Positions 37,526 to 51,200 of a stretch of DNA of 64,000 bases are shown one piece after another; position 1 is the stretch's first letter; each line of letters begins with the position of its first letter. Position numbers and translations under genes: made by a program. The notes beneath the pieces were generated by a model. That model made no database searches. It saw only the letters and a program-made list of their open reading frames with translations, and had not been told where the DNA came from. This stretch comes from Octopus vulgaris (lineage: Eukaryota), in assembly GCA_951406725.2 (NCBI GenBank), contig OX597816.1:155372001-155436000 (forward strand), in the 5' to 3' direction.

Positions 37526-37699
37526 TTCAGAGGAAGAACTTCTTTCAAGCAAGTGTTTCTGCTTGTTAGTTTCCGATACACTAAGAAAACAGAGCCCACT
37601 TCGGCCATGACCTCTAGGTATCCTACTCTTTTCGAAATGCACATTTAGTGATGATCGAACTCAGAGCCTTCAGATGATCTTATTTCCTTTGACTTTGGG

Positions 37700-38030
37700 T
37701 GTTTATCGCTTGGCCACAAAACCACCGAAAGAACTTCAAATTGGGTTTCCTTCTTACTGTTTTCTGTTTAGTGGCTCACAATATTCTTTTTCAGTTCAAC
37801 TGTTGTTTCTTTATGTCCATAATTATATTGAACTCTTCTTAGCTGTCTCTGAGAGGCGTTCCGTCATCGCTGTTCTTTTGCGACATTTGATTCTGAGTTA
37901 ACCTGCTAATTGACATATTGAAGTGTGACTAATCCCCGCGTGCCAACCTCCACTGCCTCTATTGTGCAAAGTGCTCTTCCTTTGTTGGCTATTCCACAAG
38001 GTCATCATATTTTCTCATCTACGAATATGC
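37700..38030 (-). mobile_element. HERO-like (R2 superfamily) LINE 3' fragment; duplicate at ~40873-41203
   Basis: RKYDDLVE / CTIEAVEVGTRGLV / ETAKKSSI*LWT*RNNS* matches the EVGxRG...xxWLW C-terminus of this clade. Confidence 0.6.
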
Positions 38031-38534
38031 TTTTGTTTTTGGTGATGTTGTTGTTGTTGTAGTTGCTGTTGCTAGGGTTGCTGCTGCTGCCGTTTTAATC
38101 GTTGTTCTTGTTGATATTGTTGTTGGTTTTGTTGCTGTTGTCTGCTTCTTCTTCTTCTTCTTCTTCTTCTTCTTCTTCTTCTTCTTCTTCTTCTTCTTCT
38201 CCTCCTCCTCCTTTTCTTCTTCTTCTTCTTCTTCTTCCTCCAATCAGGACCCACGCCATTAGCCACAAAGAATAATCTCTAATTCGAGCCTACCCTAAGC
38301 TACTAAGAATGCGTGTGGCAACTTGAAGATCCACCCACCATACGCGATAGACTGACGGTTGCACGGGCTTTTAATGGGTGGAGAGCTGAACCATCCTGGG
38401 GTACTGAGGATTCGCAATCTAGACTAGAGTCAGAAAGTTTACCACAGCATAGTTGGTTACACCATGGTTCCTCTGATTTGTGGCAGAAGTAGGAAGAAAG
38501 AGTGAGAGAAAGTTGTGGTGAAAGTGTACCGCTA

Positions 38535-39480
38535 TTATTGGACGTAAGAAGGTCAGGCTTGTGTAGGATGAAAGATTGCAAAGATAAAGCACTATACAAG
38601 AAATTGAAAGCGAATGATACTGAAAATAGGGAGTAAAGAAAAGAATGCATTGTCAATTTCATAGAGATGTTGAAGATAAGACAGACAGCAGACAGAGAAA
38701 AAAGATGGCTGTGGATGACTAAAATTGATTTAAAACCGGAAACGGAGGCTCTAATCTGTGCTGTCCAAGAGCAAGCACTAAGAACAAACTACATAAAATA
38801 CAGAATAGACAACACAGCAGAAATTGATAAGTACAGAATCTGTGGAAAGAACGGTGAAATCATATGGCATATTACCAGCCAATGTACGCCACTAGCCTAG
38901 AAGGAATATAAGAGATGCCATGACAATAAAGCCAGGTTTGTCCATTGGACACTTTGAAATAAGTATGGACTTGACACAGCAAAGAGTTGGTACGACCACA
39001 AACCTGAAGGCATCGTCGAAAATAGAAATACAAAGATCCTATAGGATTTTATGATTCAGTGCGACCATGAGATAGAAAATAGGAAGCCGGACTTAGTCAT
39101 AATTGAGAAAGAAGACAAACTATGCTGTATCATAGATATAGCATGCCCAACTAACAACAAGGTATGCGATAAGGAAGAAAGAAATGTCGAGAGATATGAC
39201 AGGTTAGCTTAGGAAGTTAAGCAGTTGTGCTCGATGAAAAAGGTAGCAGTACTACCAATAATTGTTGGAGCCCTGGGAACAATGAGAAAAATCTTCGAAA
39301 AGTACGTGGAACAAATAGGGGCTGCAATAAGGGTGGATCACTTGCAGAAAACAACACTGCTTGGAACCGCTCGAATACTCCGGATGGTGCTCGAAAAATA
39401 AGAGGTGTTACCTTAGTTCACTGGTAGTGAACAGCTGATACTGTAGTATCGCTCCAGCGTTAGAAGCTGTGCAAAGTCAA
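38535..39480 (+). mobile_element. R4/Dong LINE 3' fragment ending in (AAT)n; duplicate at ~41720-42665
   Basis: DLKPETEALICAVQEQALRTNYIK..RICG, RKPDLV and PIIVGALG, followed by (AAT)n. Confidence 0.85.
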
Positions 39481-39488
39481 TGATGATG

Positions 39489-39568
<80 letters not shown>

Positions 39569-42500
39569 CTTTTCTACTCTAGAGACAAGGCCCGAAATTT
39601 ATACATATATGTGTGCGTGTCTTTGTGTTTGTAATTGTCCCCCACCCTCATAGGTTGACAACCGTTGTTGGTGTGTTTATGCCATCGTGACCTGGCGGTT
39701 CGGCAAAGACACCGACATAATATGCAGTAGGATTTTAAAAATAAAGTCCTAGGGCCGATTTGTTTAACTAAAGCACTTCAAGGCTGTGCTCCAGCATGTT
39801 CGTAGTCAAATAATTGAAACAAGTAAAAGAATAATATAATACAAGTGTAGCTATCTATCTATGTACGTATGTGTTGCTATGTCTCGTTGTCGTCGGGGCA
39901 CTCGGTCGGTTACGACGACGAGGGTTCCAGTTGATCCGATCAATGGAACAGCTCTTAAGTTTGCAACAAAAGGAAGAATACATAAATACTATCTTAAATG
40001 CACTGTCTAGATGGAAAACAGGATGGCTTCTCCATAAACAACATTTATCGGTTGGCTTTACGGACTTATCTCAATTTGTCTGCAGTAAAATAAATTTGAT
40101 TATTGATGAATTTGTTTAAAAAAACTTGGCCAATACTTCAAACAACCTATTATTAATGGTTTGGAAGAAAATAAAAAAACAATTAGTACTTCGATATCGA
40201 TAGTTTTTCACTACACCGAGCTGTGGAGTAAAAGAGATAGTTCACGGAAAGTAAGAACTGTTATGTGGTTTCAGTTTTATATGGTTTCAGTATTAACTGC
40301 CATCGGTAAAAGAATGAACATCACAAATTCCAGTTTAGCCTCCCCTTCAAAACACATGGCTTTTGTACCCAGCGGGTAAAGCGCAGTTAACTGACTCGAT
40401 TTTAGTTTGTGGAAACTTGCTCCGGGGCGAGCGCACAACAGGAGAAATCTTCAGAGGAAGAACTTCTTATTTCTTTACTGCCCACAAGGGGCTACACACA
40501 GAGGGGACAAACAAGAACAAAGAAACGGATTAAGTCGATTATATCGAACACAGTGCGTACCTGGTACTTATTTAATCGATCCTGAAAAGATGAAAGGCAA
40601 AGTTGACCTCGGCGGAATTTGAACTCAGAACGTAGCGGCAGACGAAATACCGCTAAGTATTTCGCCCGACGTGCTAATGTTTCTGCCAGCTCGCCGCCTT
40701 CAGAGGAAGAACTTCTTTCAAGCAAGTGTTTCTGCTTGTTAGTTTCCGATACACTAAGAAAACAGAGCCCACTTAGGCCATGACCTCTAGGTATCCTACT
40801 CTTTTCGAAATGCACATTTAGTGATGATCGAACTCAGAGCCTTCAGATGATCTTATTTCCTTTGACTTTGGGTGTTTATCGCTTGGCCACAAAACCACCG
40901 AAAGAACTTCAAATTGGGTTTCCTTCTTACTGTTTTCTGTTTAGTGGTTCACAATATTCTTTTTCAGTTCAACTGTTGTTTCTTTATGTCCATAATTATA
41001 TTGAACTCTTCTTAGCTGTCTCTGAGAGGCGTTCCGTCATCGCTGTTCTTTTGCGACATTTGATTCTGAGTTAACCTGCTAATTGACATATTGAAGTGTG
41101 ACTAATCCCCGCGTGCCAACCTCCACTGCCTCTATTGTGCAAAGTGCTCTTCCTTTGTTGGCTATTCCACAAGGTCATCATATTTTCTCATCTACGAATA
41201 TGCTTTTGTTTTTGGTGATGTTGTTGTTGTTGTAGTTGCTGTTGCTAGGGTTGCTGCTGCTGCCGTTTTAATCGTTGTTCTTGTTGATATTGTTGTTGGT
41301 TTTGTTGCTGTTGTCTGCTTCTTCTTCTTCTTCTTCTTCTTCTTCTTCTTCTTCTTCTTCTTCTTCTTCTTCTTCTTCTTCTTCTCCTCCTCCTCCTCCT
41401 TTTCTTCTTCTTCTTCTTCTTCCTCCAATCAGGACCCACGCCATTAGCCACAAAGAATAATCTCTAATTCGAGCCTACCCTAAGCTACTAAGAATGCGTG
41501 TGGCAACTTGAAGATCCACCCACCATACGCGATAGACTGACGGTTGCACGGGCTTTTAATGGGTGTAGAGCTGAACCATCCTGGGGTACTGAGGATTCGC
41601 AATCTAGACTAGAGTCAGAAAGTTTACCACAGCATAGTTGGTTACACCATGGTTCCTCTGATTTGTGGCAGAAGTAGGAAGAAAGAGTGAGAGAAAGTTG
41701 TGGTGAAAGTGTACCGCTATTATTGGACGTAAGAAGGTCAGGCTTGTGTAGGATGAAAGATTGCAAAGATAAAGCACTATACAAGAAATTGAAAGCGAAT
41801 GATACTGAAAATAGGGAGTAAAGAAAAGAATGCATTGTCAATTTCATAGAGATGTTGAAGATAAGACAGACAGCAGACAGAGAAAAAAGATGGCTGTGGA
41901 TGACTAAAATTGATTTAAAACCGGAAACGGAGGCTCTAATCTGTGCTGTCCAAGAGCAAGCACTAAGAACAAACTACATAAAATACAGAATAGACAACAT
42001 AGCAGAAATTGATAAGTACAGAATCTGTGGAAAGAACGGTGAAATCATATGGCATATTACCAGCCAATGTACGCCACTAGCCTAGAAGGAATATAAGAGA
42101 TGCCATGACAATAAAGCCAGGTTTGTCCATTGGACACTTTGAAATAAGTATGGACTTGACACAGCAAAGAGTTGGTACGACCACAAACCTGAAGGCATCG
42201 TCGAAAATAGAAATACAAAGATCCTATAGGATTTTATGATTCAGTGCGACCATGAGATAGAAAATAGGAAGCCGGACTTAGTCATAATTGAGAAAGAAGA
42301 CAAACTATGCTGTATCATAGATATAGCATGCCCAACTAACAACAAGGTATGCGATAAGGAAGAAAGAAATGTCGAGAGATATGACAGGTTAGCTTAGGAA
42401 GTTAAGCAGTTGTGCTCGATGAAAAAGGTAGCAGTACTACCAATAATTGTTGGAGCCCTGGGAACAATGAGAAAAATCTTCGAAAAGTACGTGGAACAAA

Positions 42501-42676
42501 TAGGGGCTACAATAAGGGTGGATCACTTGCAGAAAACAACACTGCTTGGAACCGCTCGAATACTCCGGATGGTGCTCGAAAAATAAGAGGTGTTACCTTA
42601 GTTCACTGGTAGTGAACAGCTGATACTGTAGTATCGCTCCAGCGTTAGAAGCTGTGCAAAGTCAATGATGATGATG

Positions 42677-42828
<152 letters not shown>

Positions 42829-43139
42829 CTTTTCTACTCTAGAGACAAGGCCCGAAATTTATACATATATGTGTGCGTGTCTTTGTGTTTGTAATTGTCC
42901 CCCACCCTCATAGGTTGACAACCGTTGTTGGTGTGTTTATGCCATCGTGACCTGGCGGTTCGGCAAAGACACCGACAGAATATGCAGTAGGATTTTAAAA
43001 ATAAAGTCCTAGGGCCGATTTGTTTAACTAAAGCACTTCAAGGCTGTGCTCCAGCATGTTCGTAGTCAAATAATTGAAACAAGTAAAAGAATAATATAAT
43101 ACAAGTGTAGCTATCTATCTATGTACGTATGTGTTGCTA

Positions 43140-43530
43140 TGTCTCGTTGTCGTCGGGGCACTCGGTCGGTTACGACGACGAGGGTTCCAGTTGATCCGAT
43201 CAATGGAACAGCTCGTGAAATTAACGTGCAATTGGCTGAGCACTCCATAGACACGTATACCCTTAACGTATTTCTTGGGGAGATTCAGTGTGACAAAGAG
43301 TGTGACAAGGCTGGCCCTTCGAAATACAGGTACAACAGAAACAGGAAGAAAGAGTGAAAGAAAGTTGTGGTGAAAAAGTACAGCAGGGTTCGTCATCCCC
43401 TGCCGGAGCGTCGTGGAGCTTTTAGGTGTTTTCGCTCAATAAACACTCACAACGCCCGGTCTGGGAATCGAAACCGTGATTCTACGACCTCGTGTTTGCT
43501 GCTCTAACAACTGGGCCATTTCGCCTCCAC
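43140..43530 (-). mobile_element. Complete tRNA-derived SINE, same family as 6855-7228
   Basis: Head TGGAGGCGAAATGGCCCAGTTGTTAG..GGTTTCGATTCCC on the - strand. The copy at the end of duplication unit 1 is truncated at 39954. Confidence 0.85.
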
Positions 43531-44149
43531 TGTTGCTATGTCTACACCAATATCTAATGCAATTCACTCTAAATTTACGATTGGCGAAGCTAGTATTTAC
43601 GCCCCTAAGCACACCTGTTGTTTTGTCCGTTGCATTTGGGCGATTTACGTGTTCCATAACTGTTTTCGATGTCGGTTATAGTAGTTGTGTAAAAAGGTGT
43701 TGATTAAGTTTTGTGTTAACTTGTTTACTACTTCATAAAATGCTTATGTCTCACTTAAACAAAACTACAAACAAAATCATACTTTCCATTAGATTTATAT
43801 TATTATTGCATATTATCTATTGTTAATTAGTTAATTAGCGACTATCTTTTCAAGATTATTAGCGGCTTCCCTTTCTTCTTGTATTTTTCAATTCATCTAG
43901 TTTTCATGGAAATACTTTGAATTTTCCGAATGAGTCTCCATTGATGATAATGTGTTTGTGATGTTTTGTAATATTAATTTATTTCGTATCAATAATTTTT
44001 AGATACATACAAACACACAAAGACGCAGCCATACATGCACGCGCGCGCACACACACACAGGCACATACGCACACAAGCACAAGCACACATGCACAAACAC
44101 ACAAGCACACATGCATACATGCACAGACTCACAAAGACAAAAAACTCCT

Positions 44150-45270
44150 CCACAAAAGCAGAAATAAAAATCTCGACGAGGAACTTGAAAACAATGAGGA
44201 AATAACAAACAAAGAAGTGAACAAAGGAAGTGCAGTAGTGGTAATGGACACTACAACAATCTAGTCGTACTGTTCGTCATACTGAATAATGACGAACAGT
44301 ACGAAAAAAATCAACAATTATAACCCCAACCCCCAAAAAATAATGGAAAACTTCTTTTCAATAATCCAAACCCACGGAAAAGACCCAACAAAATAAAAAT
44401 AGACTGTTTAACAAACTTTAAATGTAAACTCAGCATTTTCTACGGTCTACCTAAAATTCACAAAAGCCAAACGATAAACGAAACCATCAAAAGATCTCCA
44501 AAGTCATACATACACCAGTACCAGGAGACGTAAAATTACAGTCTATTGTTGCTGGACATGGAGGCACATGGCCTAGTGGTTAGAGCAGCGGACTTGCGGT
44601 CGAGGGATCGGGGGTTCGAATCTCAGACCGGGCGATGTGTGTGTTTATGAGCGAAACACCTAAGCTCCACGCAGCTCCGGCAGAAGGTAATGGCGAAACT
44701 TCTGCTGACTCTTTCGCCACAACTTTCTCTCACTCTTTCCTCCTGCATCTTGCAGCTCACCTGCGACGGACCGGCGTCCCGTCCAGGTGGGGAACCTTCA
44801 CACCAAGAAACCGGGAAACCGGCCCTTATGAGGCAGGCATGGCTCGAGAAGGAACAACCATCCTGTGAAGCACATCGATTAAGTTGCTTCATGGACATTC
44901 TCCTGAAACCATTTCTAAAACATATCAAGAGCCATAGCAGAGATGACTTAGATATGTTCAATCATCCCCCAGAAAGGGTCGAGGAGGAAACAACCATATT
45001 CGATGTGATTATTTTGTACACCAACATACCCCATAGTTATGGAGTAGAAGCAATCCGTTTCTGGCAGGACAAATATCCAGAAGAAATACCAGAATGGATC
45101 AACAAAGACTTCATAATCGAATAAATTAAATTCGTCCTCCAAAACAACCATTTCATGTTTGACACCACGGTTTACCACCAAAAATCTGGAACCAATGCAG
45201 CCCCAACCATTACCAATCTAACAATGGGCTATTTAGAAATTACAATATATCTGGAGTCTTTTTCAAAATT
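44150..45270 (+). mobile_element. Penelope-like RT fragment, interrupted by a SINE at ~44558-44859
   Basis: NKGSAVVVMD, FYGLPKIHKS, SIVAG|PSCEAHRLS, FDVIILYTNIPH, FVLQNNHFMFD and NLTMGYLE are Penelope-type RT motifs. Confidence 0.85.
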
Positions 45271-46149
45271 TTACACAGCACATCTTCACCTTTTCTACAT
45301 ATTGGTTTATTGACGTCCTTGAGATTTAATACAAGTGTCTAGTATCAAATTGCCCTTCAGCAATTGAATGTATTTGACACTATTCAAGTTACCGTCAAAT
45401 TTAACCAACTTTCTTGAACCATCACTTTTTATGTATCCCCAAAGCATCAGACCTTTATCCCCAAACTTCACTGTTTTTGTCGTTTAATGTGGGTAGTTTC
45501 GTTTTCCAATAAGCGAAAATTTGTCAGAAGGCCTACAGGAAAGCGAAAATACCCACGTTACACAACGAAAATAGTGATGTTTGAAGGTTAGAGTTTAACG
45601 CTTTGGGGAATACATAAAAAGTGATGGTTCAAGAAAGCTGAGAGTAACTTGAATAGTGCCAAATACATCCCGTTGTGGAAGGACAATTTGATACCTGACT
45701 TTGATGAAGGTGAGATTTTTCAATACGACGGAGCTGCATGCCACAGATCGCGTGCAAAACCACAGAGTCTGGCTGATGAAAGTATTACTGTATTAACTTA
45801 AATATTATCGAACAAATGTGAACAGAACTAAAGAGAAGAGTTTGTCAGAAGAATCCACCAAATCTTGAAGGGTTGTGGGAGCTCAGCCACAGAGAATGGC
45901 ATCTCATACCTATGAAGATGGTGACGGTTTTGTACGCATCTCTTCCCAGGCACATTGAAGCAATTATTCAAGCTAAAGGACACCACATGAAATATTAACA
46001 ATGTACAATAACTTCTTGAAACTGCTACAAAATATAATGATTAAGTATGGAAATGACTCCAACGGGGCCAATGTTTAATCTGTAAAAAACAGAATGTGAA
46101 ACATCCACATATAATTCGACGGATATTTGTCCTCATCTTGTTTGTTGTT

Positions 46150-46195
46150 AACACAACGTTTCGGCTGATATACCCTCCAGCCTTCTTCATGTGTC
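46150..46195 (-). ncRNA. Minimal type I hammerhead ribozyme with a C3-to-A lesion
   Basis: GACAC-aTGAAGA-A-GGCTG(GAGGGTATAT)CAGCC-GAAA-CG-TT-GTGTT, with palindromic AACGTT in place of stem III. Confidence 0.75.
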
Positions 46196-46260
46196 TTGGG
46201 GAAATTTCGAACCTGGGTTCTCATTGCTAAGGTATTTTTCGATGTTATTATTATTATTCA

Positions 46261-46333
46261 GGTCACTGCTTGGAATCGAACTCGGAATCTTGTGGTTAGT
46301 AGCCCGCGCTCTTAACCACTATACCATATTCCC
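46261..46333 (-). promoter_or_regulatory. tRNA-derived head (Pol III A/B boxes) inside the Penelope 3' pLTR
   Basis: TGGTATAGTGG (A box) and GAGTTCGATTCC (B box); 73 nt; starts 28 nt after the ORF stop. Confidence 0.7.
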
Positions 46334-48309
46334 GTGGGTAATAATGGAGTGAATTTTAGGGCTAAAATTCTAATATTTTTCTATCTTTCCTTAATACCGG
46401 TTCCCATGTGCTGCTCATATCTGCACTCGGTCTGCTTAGAAGGTTGTTGTGTCCTAGCATATGTGCTGCTTCTTTTAGTTTTCGTATTTTCCAGTAGTGT
46501 TCTCTGTCTATTGTTTTAACTTCATTCCACAGGGGGAGGTGATCTCCATTTTTGCATACATGATCAGCTATACCCGATTTATCAATATCTCCTCATGTCA
46601 CAGCTTTACAATGTTAGTCTACCCTTATTTTAAGGGGGCGACATGTTTCGCCTTTGTATAACCTACCACAGCTGCATGGAATGGAGTACACGCAGTCTTT
46701 GGTAATAGTCTCTTCTATTGGTGGTTTTACTCGAAGGAGATATTTGCGAAGTGTTGTATTACTCTTTAATACTGTGCTGATGTCATATGGGCCGCATATC
46801 TTTTGTATCTTTTCGGAGAGGCCTTTCACATAGGGTAAACAAACTGTGGACAGTTTATTGGCCCCATCCTCTCACTTCTTCATAAATGGAGTGGATAGTA
46901 TATATAAGTTGAGGACAAATATCCGTCATGTGTAAATAATGTACATAATTCCTCATCTCTTAAATATAGAACTGTATCCACTTATTAGTTAGCAGTTAGT
47001 AGAAATTTACAGTCGAAAACTTTTGCATGGTACTGAATACTTAACATATGCATATTAATACTCCACTTACACACATACATATTTGTATACATAAATATTG
47101 GTGTATGTGTGTGTGAGCGTGTGTGTGTGGGGGGGCGTGTCTGGATTGAAGTCTATTCACTCGGCAACAGATTTAATAAAATTTCGAATATAAATTTTCG
47201 AAAGACATCAATGTTTACCATCAAATTAATCCAATCAGCAAACAAGCATTATGACTAATTAACCAGACATTGCTAATTTTCTTATTTTTTTACATTTCTG
47301 TCAATAAACTTTTTCTGCTATAAGTATCTGTTTTCCTAGTAAAGAATCAAACAAAATTATAATAGATTCTCACGACATATTTCCTGCCTTTTAAAGTATG
47401 TTTTGTAGTTCAGAAACACATCGAGTGTATTAAGCTGTGGTTGTGATGGTGGTGATGATGGTAATGGTGGCGGTGGTTGTGGTTGTGGTGGAGGGGTTGT
47501 ATCAGTTGTAGTAGTAATGGTGGTGGTAGTAGTGGTAGTTGTGCTAGTTGTTGAAGAAGTAGTAGTGGTAGCACCTTAAAGCTTAAAGTTAGTACCAAAC
47601 TTAGTTCTGTCAATATATTAGACACTACTTTAGACGTCAGTACCCGCAATACCATACATACTGAAAACCGATCGAGGGTTGATGTATATTTTCAAGGGAT
47701 CTAATTTCAGTTATCATTTTGACAAACTTTTAGCAATATAGGAGGAAACATATTTTACATGAAGCGATCTAAATTTACAGTAGTAATATGACTGTGCTGG
47801 GTTTAATGAAAACAAACTTTTTATTGAGGAGCGAGCAATTGCGCAACAGAGCAGCTTGCACACACACAGACACGCCGCTGACACACACACGCACACACAC
47901 ACACACACACACAAACATACACACGCACACACACACACACACACACACACTTTATTGAAGATGGCCTGGTGACCTGTTTACACAGAGCTCTCAGGGCGTG
48001 CCGCTGCCTCTCCAGACAAGACTTGTCTGATGAAATGACAACTTGCCGTGGAAACTTCAGAGTAACATACTAGCTTAGATATATTAGCACACTCAACGTT
48101 TGTATTGAGTACTTCAGAGCGTTACCCAGCAAAAGACAGGCATGAATGTGTGTGTGCGTGTGTGCTTGTGTGCATGAGTGCGTGCGGGGGAGGAGGATCA
48201 CATATATTTACATACGTTGACGGAACACAATTTTATCTGTTTTCCGTTGCACGAAAACTGATTTATTTCAAAATTTTAGCTAACGAAATTATTTGTTAAT
48301 GTTGTCTCC

Positions 48310-48354
<45 letters not shown>

Positions 48355-48459
48355 TCACTCTCCCTTTCTTTCTCTCTCTTTCCCCCCCTCTCTCTCTCTT
48401 TAGATTAACGCACTTACACGGAGAAAATGTTTAGATTAAACAATATAACGAAACAAGAA

Positions 48460-49082
48460 GGCGGCGAGCTGGCAGAAACGTTAGCATGCCGGGTGAAATG
48501 CGTAGCCGTATTTCGTCTGCCGTTACGATTGAGTTCAAATTCCGCAGAGGTCGACTTTGCCTTTCATCCTTTCGGGGTCGATAACTTAAGTACCAGTTAC
48601 GCACTGGGGTCGAGATAGTCGACTTAATCCATTTGTCTGTCCTTGTTCGTCCTCTTTGTGTTTAGCTCATTGTGGGTAGTAAAGAAAGAGGTATTTTGTC
48701 TGCCGCTACGTTCTCAGTTCAAATTCCGCCGAGGTCGACTTTGCCTTTCATCCTTTCGGTGTCGACTAAATAAGTACCAGTTACGCACTGAGGCCGATAT
48801 AATTGACTTCATCCGTTTGATTGTACTTGTTTATCCTCTGTGTTTAGCCCCTTATGGGTAGTAAAGAAATAGGTATTTCGTCTGCCGCTACGTTCTGAGT
48901 TGAAATTCCGCCGAGGTCGACTTTGCCTTTCATCCTTTCGGGGCCGATAAATTAAGTACCAGTTGCGTACTGAGATCGATCTAATCGACTGGCCAAATAA
49001 TTTAGGGCCTTGAGCCTAGAGTAGAAAAGAATTCAACGAAATAAGTAGGCGGTGAGCTGGCAGTATCGTTAGAGTAGAAAAG
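48460..49082 (+). mobile_element. Trimeric tRNA-derived SINE with 18-bp TSD
   Basis: One head and three ~180-bp bodies. TSD AATATAACGAAACAAGAA at 48442-48459 and 49083-49100. Confidence 0.9.
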
Positions 49083-49965
49083 AATATAACGAAACAAGAA
49101 AAACATGTCAAAAACTCATAAGTAAATAAAATGTAGTAGCAGTTAGAAATTGTTGTTGTCTTATTATAATTGCTTATCATGATCACACAATTACACGGAA
49201 AGAAAGAGAGAAGGAAAGATGAAAACAAAAAGCACAAATGCAAAAGTACTATATTCTTTAATCTTTATATTAATCATCATGAGACTGAAAGTAAATTTAG
49301 AAATTATGATTGTTTCATTTGGTAATTTATCATTTGAAAGATCAGAAGATTAAGATAGAAAGACACAGACACACGGATACATACATAGAGAGATGGATGA
49401 AAACACTTGTACAAATATAGAGACAGAAATATTAAAATACAAATATATACACTCCTACATCCGGCAAGTACTCTATAGATGCAACAAAAAAACTGCCAAA
49501 TGTCTCTTCAAAGAGACTACGCCATTTATATTTTCAAAAATGATAAAAATCATTTCAATCACATTTTGTTCATTCTACATAGACAGTGCAACACATAAAT
49601 ATATATTCAATAATTATTTCTATATTAAAAGGCATCGCTGAATATCCCTATATAATAATAAAGATAGTAGCGGTGATGTCAACGAAAACAACGATCCAAA
49701 TGTGTTTCTACGTATATCAGTCATAAGCAAATTTCAGCCCTGAAAACTTACCTTGAATTTGTTTGTAGTTGTCCCGCCTGATGATAAGTCATGTTTCATG
49801 TGGCCTCCTTCATGAGAAAAGTTGCCCACGACTGATCTATAAGGTGGCTTGACTCGCTAGGAATAGAAACCACGAGTCTTTCAAATCGTAATCAAACGTC
49901 TACCAATAATTTTGTGAAGTCGTGTGTTGTTATGCAACCATGTGTATTTACGTAAACGTGATTTA

Positions 49966-51200
49966 CAGTGTCCAAAAATAATGTAAATACACATTGAATG
50001 ATTATAGTTAGTGTTTATAAAAATAGATTTCATTTTCAAAATTTAATTAAATCTAGCAAAGAATCTCTTATTTTCTGAATGCCTGTTTTCAAACTGATGA
50101 CCCTTCTTGTTCAGACTCAGCAGATAACGCGAAGCAATGAAATCGCAATCACCAAGAGACATTTCATTCGGTATCTATGCGCATTCTAGCTCAATGTCTG
50201 CCTTCAATTCGTCGACTATTGCTGCTTTTGTACCGTAATTTTTTATCTTTTAAGAATCTCCATAAAAATGTCCAGTGATGCGAGGTCCGGTGAACGCAAA
50301 AGGGTACTCTACTGAATCTCATCATTCAATCCACCTGTTAAAGCAAAAATCTTATCAAGGTAGTTCCTTACATTACTATAATAGTAAGGGGCTGCTTCAT
50401 ATTGCTGGAAATAAAACTCTGCATCAATCAAGTCCTCTTGAATGCTTGGTATGATAGATTGTTGCACCGAGTTCAAGTAATTTGGATCAGTAACGGTACC
50501 ATAGAAAAATAGAAAGGTCCATTTAATCCTTTTGATGATAAGACACGATATATTGTAACTCCTCTTAAATTAACATCATGTTCATTTGTAATATGCGGAT
50601 TCTCAAGTACCCACCCAATAATTACAACTGAGGTAGTTAATTGGACCATTTAATATAAACGTCGTCTCCAACAATTTTTGCTGTAAAGTGTGTATCTTCT
50701 ACACTTCTTCTCAAGTATCACTTTGAAAATCTCCCCCTCTTGGTCCGGATTATCTTCAATGAGAGCATGAACTTTTTTAACACTTCCAATGACAGCTCTT
50801 CAAAATGCGATGGACGCTTGATTTGAAATACTTATCTCACGATTAACTTACCGCACAGATTTTCTTGAATTCTATAACATATTTCTAGAACCCTTTCTTG
50901 CCTTGTGGGGCTCGTCGATAGCTGCGGTCTTCCGGACCGTATCCTATGGACGTTCTGAACTGATCCATCTGCTAAAAACTTCTTTCTAATTAAAGTGATG
51001 ATAAGTCGCGTGGGTGGATCTGTTCGAAATAACCTTCTAAACTGTCTTCGACAGCATTTTCAAACTCTCAAGTACTCTTTAGGGCAAGCTTTCTTTGTTC
51101 AAAACGTAGTCTAACTTTCTTTATTCTTTCCAATGGGTTAAATCACTTTCTCACGGAAGATCAAAAGCTGTCACGATTGAATGCGTGTCATGAATTGAAA
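49966..51200 (-). mobile_element. Decayed Tc1/mariner-superfamily transposon (DUF4817-type N-terminus)
   Basis: The - strand has [37 protein letters not shown] and SPDLASLD. TA-CAGTGTCC terminus at 49964. Confidence 0.7.

Larger units (their letters stand above)
46109..46975 (-). mobile_element. 5'-truncated Penelope/Poseidon-type element with 6-bp TSD ATCCAC and a short inverted 5' pLTR piece
   Basis: LPYVKGLSEKI..CVYSIPCSCGRLYKGET..SGIADH..RKLKEA, stop at 46362-46364. TSDs at 46103-46108 and 46976-46981. TGAGGACAAATATCCGTC at ~46910 is inverted relative to ~46118-46135. Confidence 0.88.
45341..47035 (+). mobile_element. Fold-back Tc1-like element containing a nested Penelope insertion
   Basis: EIFQYDGAACHRSR and LNIIEQM (DD34E region); the terminal repeat ends TTTTGCATGGTACTG. 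The left arm 45341-45507 is an inverted copy of the transposase sequence. Confidence 0.8.

Noticed and set aside
38396-38445. CTGAGGA...GAAAGTTTACC hammerhead-like motif
   Set aside because: Stem II does not close properly and only one base separates GAAA from the putative triplet.
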